Positions 1 to 12,178 of a DNA stretch of 40,617 bases are shown piece after piece. A program made the translations under genes and the position numbers. Source of the stretch: a bacterium. Its GTDB lineage: Bacteria; Patescibacteriota; Microgenomatia; UBA1400; UBA12108. The number at the start of each line of letters is the position of its first letter. The first letter of the stretch is position 1. The notes under the pieces were generated by a model. That model searched no databases. It was not told the origin of the DNA and was given only the letters and a program-made list of their open reading frames with translations. The DNA lies in contig JAZDDW010000027.1 of assembly GCA_043809365.1 (NCBI GenBank), positions 1 to 40,617 of the forward strand, given 5' to 3'.

Positions 1-124
1 AGGCAGGTTCGGAACCTGGGGAAGAAACCTGTGTCACAGTGTCACGTGTCACAGGGGAGTGAGTAGCTGAATAAGCCCAGATGATGAGAGTGAGAATAGG
101 TAAGAGTAAGAGCAGTTTTTTCAT
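1..124 (-). CDS. 5' part of a secreted/membrane protein, truncated by the window edge (MKKLLLLLPILTLIIWAYSATHSPVTRDTVTQVSSPGSEPA...)
   Basis: Translated by hand from ATG at 124. It has a signal-peptide-like N-terminus and is open to base 1. It contains a GTGTCAC tandem repeat (31-52) and one arm of the CCTGCC palindrome (1-7). Confidence 0.6.
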   Translation of the reverse strand, partial: MKKLLLLLPILTLIIWAYSATHSPVTRDTVTQVSSPGSEPA

Positions 125-232
125 ACGAGCAAATCCGCGCCTAGCGTGGATGTTAAATATCTAGTTCCATTAAGCACTATTTTAGGAGGAAAGGCAAGGG
201 GTATTGCATGTGGGGAAAATGAGATATACTAA

Positions 233-1003
<771 letters not shown>

Positions 1004-1006
1004 CCT

Positions 1007-2427
1007 ATGATGCATACGTTTGAGTACTGTATAGAGAAGAAAAAAGACTGGGGACAGGTGAGTGAGTTGGGGGAGCTACTGGTAGGAGTGTCGGGACTCA
1101 CTGGGGTAATGATTGGAGAGGGGGTGGCGTTTGAGGGAGGTGAACACGGGCGGATCATGGCGATTAGAGAAGAGCAGGTGGAGATCATGCGCTTGTCGCG
1201 AGTACAAGTATTGATGGGAGAGCGAGTAGCGGCAACGGGGATGCCCATCATGACTAGCTGCGGGAAGGGAGTCTTGGGGAAGATGATTAACGGACTAGGA
1301 TATGCAATTGGGGAGGGAAGAGAAAAGAGTAAGGAGAGTGAGTCCCGAGAGATCGATACTAGACCCATGGGGATTGTGGGGCGGACGAGAGTCACAGAGT
1401 ATTTAGAAACAGGCATTAGCCTCTTGGATCAACTAGTGCCGATTGGCCACGGACAACGAGAGCTCGTTATAGGCGACCGCAAGTCGGGCAAGACCCAACT
1501 TTTGCTCCAGATTTTGATTAATCAAGTACGCCAAGGGACGGTGGGGATCTACTGTGCCATTGGCAAGCGGGCGAGTGAGATCAAGCGGATCGAGGAATAC
1601 TTGGTCAAACACAAAATCCGAGATAAATGTTTGATTGTGGCTTCTTCGGCTGCTTCGGTAGCGGGTGAAGTCTATGTGACCCCTTTTACAGCCATGACGC
1701 ACGCGGAGTATTTCCGTGATCAGGGCAAAAACGTCTTGCTGATCCTAGATGATCTCTCTAGTCATGCCAAGTACTACCGTGAGATAGGACTAGCGGCCAA
1801 ACAGTTCCCCGGGAGAGAGTCGTACCCAGGGGATGTGTTCCATATCCAAGCTAAACTCTTGGAGCGGGCAGGGAATTTTTTGATCAAGGGCAAAGCTAAG
1901 GCTATTACCTGTTTGCCAGTGGCCGAGAGTTTGCTGGGGGACATGACTGGCTTTATCCAGACCAACCTTATGTCGATTACAGATGGCCACTGGTTCCTGG
2001 ATACCCAGATTTTCCATACAGGAGCCCGTCCGGCGGTGAACGTGTTTTTGTCGGTCAGCCGAGTTGGGAGACAAACTCAACCGCGCCTGGTGCGGGAGGT
2101 GGGAGAAAAGCTCATGACACTGCTGAAAGAAAGTGAGGCAGTGTCTAGGTTTATGCAGTTTGGCTCGGAGCTAAATAAGGACATAATAGCCATGGTCGAG
2201 CGGAGCCGGCGAATACGCAACGTCTTTAACCAAGTGGGAGGGGCTTTGATCCCGCTCCAGGTGCAGTTGCTCGTGATTATGATGGCGTGGCATGGTTATT
2301 TTGACGGCAAAGGGGTGAAAGAGTTGGTCGAAAAGTACAAGAAGGAGCCATTTACACTAAAAGCCAAAAACTGGGAAGAACTTTTTGCAGAAACGGCAGA
2401 GCAAAACAAGTGGCAGAGGTGGCTGAT

Positions 2428-2431
<4 letters not shown>
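1007..2431 (+). CDS. atpA: F1-type ATPase alpha subunit (divergent, short N-terminus)
   Basis: Motifs PIGHGQRELVIGDRKSGKT, PGRESYPGDVF, TNLMSITDG and SVSRVG. Confidence 0.93.
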
Positions 2432-4879
<2,448 letters not shown>

Positions 4880-5017
4880 GGTAGAATAGAGGGAATGGAA
4901 AAGAAAAAAGTCTGAGCTTAGAATATAAAAAGACTGGCATCAGCGGTCGGTCGAAACCTTAGGCCTATCCAGTCATGGTGATAGGATTAATATAACACAA
5001 AAACGGAGAAATGCAAG

Positions 5018-6763
5018 ATGAAAGTGATCAGAGAGGCGATAAAAAAGACCTTAATGGTCAATGATCAATGGCCAATGGTCGATTTTGTTGTCGAACATCC
5101 CAAGGAGGAGAGTCATGGGGACTACAGTAGCAATGTGGCGCTGATTTTGGCGAAACAGATAGGAAAGAATCCGCGGGAGTTGGCGGAAGCCATTGTAAAG
5201 CAGTGTCACAGTGACACGGTGTCACAGATATGGGAACGGGTGGAGGTGGCGGGAGCGGGATTTATCAATTTTTACCTGAAAAAAGAGTTTTTCCTGGCCG
5301 AAACGAAAAAAGCGATAGAGCCTGGATATGGGAAGAATGAAACTTTGAAGGGCAAAAAAATCATGGTCGAGTATACCGATCCTAACCCCTTCAAAGAAAT
5401 GCATATCGGGCACTTGATGAGTAATACGATTGGGGAGAGTCTGGCGAGGTTGCAAGAAGCCAGTGGGGCGGAAGTGAGGCGGGCGTGTTACCAGGGAGAT
5501 GTAGGGTTGCACGTAGCCAAGGCGATTTGGGGATGGCAGCGGAAAATGGACCAGGAGGGTAAAACGCTGGCTGACTTTAAGGGTCGGACCCTTAAAGTGA
5601 AGGCGAATTATCTGGGGCAGGCGTACGCCTACGGAGCCACAAAATACGAAACCGACGAAACGGCGAAATCAGAAATGAACGCCATGAACAAAGTGATTTA
5701 TGACAAGTCGGATGAAACGATAGATGAGTTGTACCAGGCTGGAAGGGAGTGGAGCCTAGAATATTTTGAGAGCATATACCTCCGGTTGGGGACCAAATTT
5801 GACGAGTATTTTTTTGAGAGCGAGGCGGGACCAGTGGGGCTCAAAGTAGTTGAGGAAGGTTTAGCAAAGAAGGTACTGGAAATAGGGGATGATGGGGCGG
5901 TGGTGTACAGAGGAGAGAAGGATGGACTTCATACTAGAGTATTTCGTAACAAACTGGGACTGCCGACATACGAGGCCAAAGATTTGGGGCTTGCCAAGAC
6001 GAAGTATGAAAGATACAAATATGATTTTTCCTATAACGTGACGGGGAACGAGATCACGGAATATTTCAAAGTGGTGTTGCGAGTGATGGAACAACTTTAT
6101 CCAGATTTGCGGGCGAAAACAACGCATATGCCCCACGGGATGATGAGGCTCACAACGGGCAAGATGAGCTCGCGAACAGGGAAGGTCGTGACGGGAGAAG
6201 GGCTCTTGAATGAGCTAAAAGTGGTGGTACTAACCAAGATGGGAGGGCGCGAGATAGGGGATAAAGATAAAGTGGCAGATATGATTGCGGTGGGAGCGCT
6301 CAAGTATAGTGTGCTCAAGCAGGCGATCGGGGGAAATATCGTCTATGAACCAGAGAAGATGACGAACCTGGAGGGAGACACGGGACCGTATCTGCAGTAT
6401 ACATTCGCAAGATGCTCGAGCGTCTTGCGAAAATCACAAATCTCAAACCCGCCTGCCGGACGGGCAGGTTCTCAAATTCTCAAATTGGGAGCATTACAAA
6501 GTTACGAACCTTGTAATACGGAAGAGCTGGCGATTTTGCGCTGGATTTATCGATATCCAGAAGTGGTATCCGAAGCTGGAGAAAAGATGGCCCCGCACCT
6601 CTTGGCTACGTACTTGTTTGAGTTGGCGCAAAGATTTAATACTTTTTACAATCAACACCAAATTGTGGGGGATGAAGGGCGGATATTGTTGACGAGTGCG
6701 GTGGCAAATGTGCTAAAGAGTGGACTGGGGTTGCTCGGGATCCAGGCTCCGGAGGAGATGTAA
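5018..6763 (+). CDS. argS: Arginine--tRNA ligase
   Basis: HGDYSSNVA, PNPFKEMHIGH (HIGH), KMSSRTG and GDTGPYLQYTFAR. Confidence 0.97.
   Translation: MKVIREAIKKTLMVNDQWPMVDFVVEHPKEESHGDYSSNVALILAKQIGKNPRELAEAIVKQCHSDTVSQIWERVEVAGAGFINFYLKKEFFLAETKKAIEPGYGKNETLKGKKIMVEYTDPNPFKEMHIGHLMSNTIGESLARLQEASGAEVRRACYQGDVGLHVAKAIWGWQRKMDQEGKTLADFKGRTLKVKANYLGQAYAYGATKYETDETAKSEMNAMNKVIYDKSDETIDELYQAGREWSLEYFESIYLRLGTKFDEYFFESEAGPVGLKVVEEGLAKKVLEIGDDGAVVYRGEKDGLHTRVFRNKLGLPTYEAKDLGLAKTKYERYKYDFSYNVTGNEITEYFKVVLRVMEQLYPDLRAKTTHMPHGMMRLTTGKMSSRTGKVVTGEGLLNELKVVVLTKMGGREIGDKDKVADMIAVGALKYSVLKQAIGGNIVYEPEKMTNLEGDTGPYLQYTFARCSSVLRKSQISNPPAGRAGSQILKLGALQSYEPCNTEELAILRWIYRYPEVVSEAGEKMAPHLLATYLFELAQRFNTFYNQHQIVGDEGRILLTSAVANVLKSGLGLLGIQAPEEM
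5053..5080 (+). repeat. AATGGYC heptamer tandem repeat x4, inside argS
   Basis: aatggtc aatgatc aatggcc aatggtc; same family at 19776-19808. Confidence 0.85.
5201..5227 (+). repeat. CAGTGWCA octamer tandem repeat x3, inside argS
   Basis: cagtgtca cagtgaca cggtgtca cag, encoding QCHSDTVS; near-identical copy at 20082-20105. Confidence 0.88.
5574..5598. repeat. REP-like palindrome (RAYT-associated family), inside argS
   Basis: ACTTTAAGGGTC-G-GACCCTTAAAGT with perfect 12-bp arms; the outer arms match the RAYT-flanking palindromes. Confidence 0.88.
6431..6486 (+). repeat. AAAT(T)CTC tandem repeat with a nested 21-nt CCTGCC-family element (6448-6468), inside argS
   Basis: aaatcac aaatctc aaa[cccgcctgccggacgggcagg]ttctc aaattctc aaatt. 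Confidence 0.9.
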
Positions 6764-6765
6764 TT

Positions 6766-7521
6766 TTAGATTTTGCTTTTGAGAAATTCTCCAAAATTAG
6801 TTATTCGTTTACTATCTGAAAGGTTTAATAGGAAAGGGGCGACATCTCTGGCAAGATCAGATAAATTAAGAGTATCCACATACTTGATGAGTTTACGGAG
6901 TTGATCTTTGAGAGAAACTTCCGCGACTGTTTGTAAGTACTCTATATCTGGTTCGGTCAGACCCCACAGATAAGTGACGTCGTAAAGATCGCGACCTTTG
7001 GGACGCTTGCGCTCACCAATAGTCAGCAGTTTTTTGGATAATATTGTACTGGCAGGAGCGACTTTGATGGTCTCAAAGACCCCGTATTTGTTGAGGATGT
7101 GAGGTGTGGATTGGAATGATTGACAGGTAGTGGCGTCGATTTTGATGAGGAGTTTTTCTTCGCTGTATCCCGAAATTCCAAACGATTTGAGGACGTGAGG
7201 GAATTTGAGGTAGCAGTGATAAGTACCCTTGTGAACTAGGCGAGATTCGATCACAAATCCCTTGGCGGTCATGTCAATGATTGTATTTTTCAGTAATTCA
7301 TCAGAGGCGTCAAGCTTGGAGGTGTCAAAATCTAGATCTTGCGAGAAGCGAATGCCTCCGTAGCAGATGCGGATGGCAGTACCGCCAATAAAAGAGAAAA
7401 ATTCACTATTATTTTGCGAAAAAAGACTGGATAGCAGCTCGTGCTGGTAGTATTCGGTCAAGATATTTTTGGTAATACGCGAGGCGGTTGTATACGACAA
7501 AATCTGTTTAAGCGTGAGCAT
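6766..7521 (-). CDS. AbiEii-family nucleotidyltransferase toxin (type IV TA)
   Basis: FIGGTAIRICYGGIRFSQDLDFD and KGRDLYD; overlaps the upstream antitoxin gene. Confidence 0.88.
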   Translation of the reverse strand: MLTLKQILSYTTASRITKNILTEYYQHELLSSLFSQNNSEFFSFIGGTAIRICYGGIRFSQDLDFDTSKLDASDELLKNTIIDMTAKGFVIESRLVHKGTYHCYLKFPHVLKSFGISGYSEEKLLIKIDATTCQSFQSTPHILNKYGVFETIKVAPASTILSKKLLTIGERKRPKGRDLYDVTYLWGLTEPDIEYLQTVAEVSLKDQLRKLIKYVDTLNLSDLARDVAPFLLNLSDSKRITNFGEFLKSKI

Positions 7522-8107
7522 ACATTTCCTCCAGTAATCTGATCAAATAATCCAGGCGCTTGTGTTGAAAGATGGCTAGGTAGGATTGGAGTTTGGGCCA
7601 ATCTATATTTTCGAGATTGAGACGGAGCTCTGCGAGATCTTTGGAGTTTTTGATACTGGGGGTTAGGTAGAAATAATCGAGCAAAGCTTTTTCGCCATCG
7701 GCCAGATTGTAGGGAAGGGGGTGATCTTGGATGTAGGTATAGCCAAAAAATAGCTGAGGGGGGAGGTGCTGGTAAGTGAAGTTACCTTGGGCAAGTTGAT
7801 ATGAGCGGGTGCCTTTGGAGGTTATAGATGTGGCGGTAAAGACTGCTTCGGGGATAATGCCATGATGTGAGAGCGCAAAGGAGAGGGAGAGATAGCTGGG
7901 AGTGACGAGACGGCAGGCAATCATGGCGGAAGAGAGCTCGGGGAGAGAGTCGGAGTAGGCATATAGGCCTCCGCGTAGCTTGGTGAGATAGCCTTTGGCT
8001 TGCCAGGAAGTTAGTTGGGAAGGGGTGTAGCCAGCCCCGAGATTTTTGAGGGTTTGAGAGGTGAAGATCGGGGGCGTGACGAGTTTTCTAAACTCAATGT
8101 ATTTCAT
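7508..8107 (-). CDS. AbiEi-family antitoxin / transcriptional regulator
   Basis: N-terminal wHTH (KLRGGLY), PSYLSLSFALSHHGIIPE and EKALLDYFY. Confidence 0.85.
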   Translation of the reverse strand: MKYIEFRKLVTPPIFTSQTLKNLGAGYTPSQLTSWQAKGYLTKLRGGLYAYSDSLPELSSAMIACRLVTPSYLSLSFALSHHGIIPEAVFTATSITSKGTRSYQLAQGNFTYQHLPPQLFFGYTYIQDHPLPYNLADGEKALLDYFYLTPSIKNSKDLAELRLNLENIDWPKLQSYLAIFQHKRLDYLIRLLEEMYAHA

Positions 8108-8139
8108 GTATTTATAAAAAAATATAAATGTATGAAATA
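8100..8139. promoter_or_regulatory. 17-bp imperfect inverted repeat over the abiEi start; probable autoregulatory operator
   Basis: TATTTCATGTATTTATA-N6-TATAAATGTATGAAATA (2 mismatches). AbiEi proteins are known to bind inverted repeats in their own promoter. Confidence 0.6.
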
Positions 8140-8247
8140 AGTGTGGCAGGTTGAGGGGAGTTTGTCAAGTTGGCAGGTGTGAGAAAATAGGGGCATGGGA
8201 GCGGAAGATTATTTTGTGTTGTTGCAGGTGGGGTGAAACCTTGAAAA

Positions 8248-8676
8248 TTAAGCCCAGGGGTATTTAAGATTAGCGCCAAAGAGGAGTGAGGCCAAGAGAA
8301 TTTGGGAACGATCTTCGGGGAGGGTGTCTTCGCGGGTGAGGCGCCGTGCCATAAAAAGGGGAGAAGGGAAAGAGGCGAATTGAGACTGGATGTGCATATA
8401 GAGATCAGTAAAAGCGGTGAGTTCGGCGTCGGAGAGAGGATGAACGACTTGAGGTTGCTGATCGGGAAAGGAAAGCGGGCGGCGGGTGCGGCGGCCGTCG
8501 TGATCGAGAGTGGCGACATAAAGTCGCCGGTTGACAGTGTCAAGTGGGAACGAACCCGCGCAGTAGTGGAGGAGGGCGTGGGGTGGGGCAAGGGGAAGAA
8601 TGGTGTCTTTAACAAAGGGATCGAGCTCGGTTTCTACCCATTTGATTGCTTCGGGACTGATGGCCTGATATACCAT
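8248..8676 (-). CDS. Hypothetical protein
   Basis: ORF with TATAAT 6 nt upstream of ATG 8676. Confidence 0.55.
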   Translation of the reverse strand: MVYQAISPEAIKWVETELDPFVKDTILPLAPPHALLHYCAGSFPLDTVNRRLYVATLDHDGRRTRRPLSFPDQQPQVVHPLSDAELTAFTDLYMHIQSQFASFPSPLFMARRLTREDTLPEDRSQILLASLLFGANLKYPWA

Positions 8677-8722
8677 GGGTGAATTATAGCGGATATTGGG
8701 GTAGATAGCTTGTTTACTTACT

Positions 8723-8760
8723 GAACCCGTGACTTTGATGTGACTCTCCGTCACGGGTTC
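8723..8760. terminator. Stem-loop downstream of the 8780-9215 cassette
   Basis: GAACCCGTGAC-N16-GTCACGGGTTC, a perfect 11-bp stem with no clear U-tract. Confidence 0.4.
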
Positions 8761-8779
8761 GACTTACAGTCAGCTTGCG

Positions 8780-9001
8780 TTAAGGAGCGAAATCGTACGA
8801 TGTTCCGATGGGGACGAGTGCCTCGTTGGCATCAGCGCCAGAGATGATCATCACTGGAACGTGCGTTGCGCTTGCGCGCTCACGCGTGATGACGATGGCG
8901 CCTTCCGCCAACTCAATTGGTCTCTGACCATCGAGTGAGACTGCTTTCGCGCCTTTCGGAAGAACTGCGCGTGTTTTGGGGGCAGCAAACTGGAGTTGCA
9001 T
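8780..9001 (-). CDS. Small hypothetical protein (73 aa)
   Basis: ATG lies 1 nt after the upstream gene's stop, suggesting translational coupling. Confidence 0.55.
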   Translation of the reverse strand: MQLQFAAPKTRAVLPKGAKAVSLDGQRPIELAEGAIVITRERASATHVPVMIISGADANEALVPIGTSYDFAP

Positions 9002-9002
9002 G

Positions 9003-9215
9003 TTACCGCCACTTGTGTCCGCAGTTTTTGCACTCATGCTCTTTTTCGGCGTTCGAGCCTTTTTGAGCGTGGTGTTCATGTTTGCCGCATTGGTCCCCAC
9101 AGGAGGGACATTTGTGGTTGCAATCCCCGTGTTGGGGCTGCGGTTGGGGGATGGCGCCGAGGGCGGCGATCAGGCCGACGAACAGGGTGGTCAAAATCGG
9201 AATCCAGCGTTTCAT
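9003..9215 (-). CDS. Small secreted Cys/His-rich protein (70 aa)
   Basis: AGGAG RBS, signal-peptide-like MKRWIPILTTLFVGLIAALGA, and CNHKCPSCGDQCGKHEHH...HECKNCGHKW. Confidence 0.6.
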   Translation of the reverse strand: MKRWIPILTTLFVGLIAALGAIPQPQPQHGDCNHKCPSCGDQCGKHEHHAQKGSNAEKEHECKNCGHKWR

Positions 9216-9495
9216 TTTTTCTCCTGTTGGGTTTGAAAAGAATTGTTGAGCCATGAAGTGGCTCGAGGGACGGGGTGGGGGGGGGAATTGGGGGATGTAT
9301 TTTTTCGAAAACCTCCTTTCATGGGTTTCGCGCTGGGCACGAGGGGGCGTGCACAAGACGAAACCCATGATCCGCAAGCTATCTGTTAAGGTGCGTGGAT
9401 GGCCAGGGTCGGCGCGTGTGCCGGAAGGCCTATATTGATGATGTGAGGATTGTAGCATTTTTGGGGAAAATGTGTAGGGATTGCGTATTAAGGGG

Positions 9496-9810
9496 CTAAT
9501 ACCCTGGTGTGTAGACACCACATTTTGTTTGTTGATCGTAAGTGCGTCTCGAACCTAAATCTCTAGGCATTCCACTACCATCGCAATTTAGTGCTTGAAG
9601 ACCTGTCTCGAGAGTGCGTGCTTTGTCGAATTTGCCAAGTGAAGCGTGAATACAAAGAGCGCAAGTTCCTGGAGAGCAAGCTTCCATAAATGCGACGATT
9701 CCGGCAGTCTCGCTATTGCGCTCGTGGTCACGATCGCTGTTAGCACGTCGCAGTTCGCGGAGTTTTTTTATGTAAGCCTGTCTTTGTTCAAGGTTGATCA
9801 TGCCAGGCAT
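9496..9810 (-). CDS. Hypothetical protein with CxxxxCxxC
   Basis: 104-aa ORF; no family recognised. Confidence 0.5.
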   Translation of the reverse strand: MPGMINLEQRQAYIKKLRELRRANSDRDHERNSETAGIVAFMEACSPGTCALCIHASLGKFDKARTLETGLQALNCDGSGMPRDLGSRRTYDQQTKCGVYTPGY

Positions 9811-9860
9811 TGTAAAGGGGGAGGCATAGTTTTGTCAATAGGAAAAAGATATGGGGTAGG

Positions 9861-9889
9861 TTGACACGGGGTGAGGGTGGGTGTAGAGT
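9861..9889 (+). promoter_or_regulatory. Sigma70 promoter TTGACA-17-TAGAGT
   Basis: Canonical spacing; the start codon is 6 nt downstream, consistent with a leaderless mRNA. Confidence 0.7.
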
Positions 9890-9895
9890 AGAAAT

Positions 9896-10504
9896 GTGAT
9901 GAATAGTGGTAGGAAAATTACCAGTAAAAAGAATAAATTGGTCGAGTTAGCCAAGTGGGGGGGAGTGGTGTTTACGGCACAGGATTTAGCCGTGATCTGG
10001 GGATATACAGATGAGCGGAAGTTGTTTGAAACGATAAAATACTATGTTCGCCGAAAAGAGATGTTCGCGATTTCGAGAGGGTTGTATGCAGGAAAAGATT
10101 ATTGCGAGAAGGAGATTAGAGGTAATACTACTTTGCAGTACCAGATAGCCAACAAGCTAATTCCCAACTCGTACGTTTCGCTATACACAGTATTAAAGAG
10201 TGAGGGCGTGATCGACCAATATTATGATGGCGTTTATTCGGTGGCAGGAAGGAAAGCGAGTAGAGTGGTGCGGGGTGTCAAGTTTGAGTACCGGAGGGTA
10301 AGGGGGAGAATACTGTGGAGTGATTGGGGGGTTAACAAAGGAAATGGAGCGCGGGTGGCGAGCTTGGAGCGGGCAGTGCTTGATACCTGGTATTGTGAGC
10401 CAGACTGGGAACTAGGGCGGGTGGAGAAAGTGGATGTGCTAAAACTAAAGGAAGGAGCTAAATTGTATGGGGGGAAGGTCATGCGGAGGGTAAAAGAATG
10501 TTAA
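9896..10504 (+). CDS. AbiEi-family antitoxin
   Basis: ISRGLY, NSYVSLYTVLKSEGVIDQ and ASLERAVLDTWY. Confidence 0.82.
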   Translation: MMNSGRKITSKKNKLVELAKWGGVVFTAQDLAVIWGYTDERKLFETIKYYVRRKEMFAISRGLYAGKDYCEKEIRGNTTLQYQIANKLIPNSYVSLYTVLKSEGVIDQYYDGVYSVAGRKASRVVRGVKFEYRRVRGRILWSDWGVNKGNGARVASLERAVLDTWYCEPDWELGRVEKVDVLKLKEGAKLYGGKVMRRVKEC

Positions 10505-11178
10505 ACATTGAAACGCACAGACAGCAGTTAAGTAGGATCCTCCTGGCGCTGATCAGTGATAAAATGCTGGCGGCAAGGCTAGGATTTAAGGGGGGGACGG
10601 CACTATATTTTTTTGAAGAATTACCGCGTTTTTCGACTGATTTGGATTTTGACTTGATCGGAGAAACGGATCCGACACTGGAGAAAACAATCAGGTCGAT
10701 TGTGGCGGAGTATTTGACCATCGTGGACGAAAAAACCAAGCGTTTCACCTGGTTTTGGCAGGGGAGTTATGGGAAGGGAGAGGCAAAGATTAAGGTAGAA
10801 GTTAACACGCGCAAATATCCCAATTATTATGAAACGAGAGACTGGCGAGGTTATGGAGTTAAGGTCATGGTGAAAGAAGACATGCTGGCGCACAAGCTGT
10901 GTGCGATAACGGATCGAAAAAAGTTGCAAAATCGAGATCTGTACGACGCGTGGTGGATGCTAAAGCGGGGTTGGGAAGCGAATGAGGAGATAATCCAGTT
11001 GCGAACTGACATGAAGTTGAAGGCATATTGGAAAATATTGCTCGCGAAATTGCGAGCGTTACCAGTGAAATATGACGTACTAGCGGGGTTGGGGGAGGTA
11101 ATGAGTCAGAGTCAAAAAGATTGGGTGAAGGCGAAATTGCGAACGAGTTTGGAGCTAGAGTTGGCGAGCAGACTATGA
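10498..11178 (+). CDS. AbiEii-family nucleotidyltransferase toxin
   Basis: FKGGTALYFFEELPRFSTDLDFD, AHKLCA and NRDLYD. Confidence 0.88.
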   Translation: MLNIETHRQQLSRILLALISDKMLAARLGFKGGTALYFFEELPRFSTDLDFDLIGETDPTLEKTIRSIVAEYLTIVDEKTKRFTWFWQGSYGKGEAKIKVEVNTRKYPNYYETRDWRGYGVKVMVKEDMLAHKLCAITDRKKLQNRDLYDAWWMLKRGWEANEEIIQLRTDMKLKAYWKILLAKLRALPVKYDVLAGLGEVMSQSQKDWVKAKLRTSLELELASRL

Positions 11179-11741
11179 AGAAATTAGCCGAGATTGTGAG
11201 CAGAGTCTTTGATCCTGTCTGGGAGATACCGGCGGCGATTGTCATGGCTGTGGTTTTTGCCCTGCAGGAGGGACTGCGGTGGCGGTTTCTGGGCCTCCTG
11301 CTTTTTATCGATGGGGTTGTACCTTTGATCTTTTTCTTGACCATGTTGTATCACCGGCAGATCACGAGTTGGGATATTCGCAAACGTGCGGAGCGGATTC
11401 CGCTGTACCTCTTTACCCTGGCCTGTCACTTGGGTGGGGTGTGGCTGGCGCACGAGGTGGGGAAGGTGGACTTGGCGTGGATCCTGGGCGTGTTTTGGCT
11501 AATTGCAGTCGTATTTGCATCCATCACTATCTTCTGGAAAATTAGCATCCATGCAGGGGTGAATGCCGTCCTCATAACCACGGCCAATGTGTTTTATGGT
11601 TGGCGCTACGCTTGGTTATACCTAGTGTTATGTCTGGTATGTTGGGTGCGGGTGTACCAAAAGCACCATAGCTGGGTGCAGGTCGGCGTGGGGGCGGTGC
11701 TCGGGGGAGGAATGGTAGGAATCGGACTCGGTCTCGTGTAA
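11175..11741 (+). CDS. PAP2-like integral membrane protein
   Basis: Multiple TM helices with WKISIH and RVYQKHHSWVQV motifs; ATGA overlap with the upstream gene. Confidence 0.7.
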   Translation: MKKLAEIVSRVFDPVWEIPAAIVMAVVFALQEGLRWRFLGLLLFIDGVVPLIFFLTMLYHRQITSWDIRKRAERIPLYLFTLACHLGGVWLAHEVGKVDLAWILGVFWLIAVVFASITIFWKISIHAGVNAVLITTANVFYGWRYAWLYLVLCLVCWVRVYQKHHSWVQVGVGAVLGGGMVGIGLGLV

Positions 11742-11757
11742 GATATGGTAAGATACG

Positions 11758-11836
11758 GGGCTATTAGCCTGCCTGTCGGCAGACAGGCTTATTTGGTAGA
11801 GCACCGCACCTGCCTGCCGGCAGGCAGGTTCGCATT
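11758..11836 (+). pseudogene. 5' half of an outer tRNA-Ala(CGC), interrupted by two 20-nt palindromes
   Basis: Removing 11768-11787 and 11809-11828 gives GGGCTAT TA GCTT ATTTGGTA GAGC A CCGCA TTCGCAT. Confidence 0.8.
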
Positions 11837-11841
11837 AAAAA

Positions 11842-12078
11842 ATGTACTTTGTTTATATTCTCAAAAATTCTGAGAATTTCCTCTACAAGGGAATTACAGA
11901 TAATCTGGAACGACGTATTAGTCAGCATAATCATAACCAGTCGGCTGGTACTAGGGGTAAGGGGCCATGGAAATTGGTCTATAGTGAAATTCGTGCTAGC
12001 AGGTCTCTGGCAAGAATACGAGAAAAATATCTGAAATCTGGTGCGGGGAGAGAATTCCTTAAGTCGGTGATAAAATAA
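11842..12078 (+). CDS. Stand-alone GIY-YIG nuclease (UPF0213/Slx1-like, 78 aa)
   Basis: YFVYIL...YKGIT.NLERRISQHN...PWKLVYSE...REKYLKSGAGR. Confidence 0.9.
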   Translation: MYFVYILKNSENFLYKGITDNLERRISQHNHNQSAGTRGKGPWKLVYSEIRASRSLARIREKYLKSGAGREFLKSVIK

Positions 12079-12088
12079 CTTGTTGGTA

Positions 12089-12159
12089 GGGCTCGTAGTA
12101 TAGTGGGAGTACGGTACATTCGCATTGTACAGACGGGGGTCCGATTCCCCCCGAGTCCA
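12089..12159 (+). tRNA. tRNA-Ala(CGC), intact inner copy
   Basis: Cloverleaf: acceptor GGGCTCG/CGAGTCC with G3:U70, anticodon arm GTACA-TTCGCAT-TGTAC, T arm GGGGG/CCCCC. Confidence 0.92.
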
Positions 12160-12178
12160 CCTAGGCGTGTGATATGAT

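Noticed and set aside
4895-4915. Mini-ORF MEKKKV* after TAGAAT, upstream of argS, as a leader peptide or relic gene start
   Set aside because: It is too short, has no Arg codons or attenuator structure, and cannot be distinguished from chance.
8715-8790. Hairpin as a tRNA or integron attC site
   Set aside because: There is no cloverleaf. The R-box matches are imperfect, no L boxes or extrahelical bases are evident, and no integrase is present.
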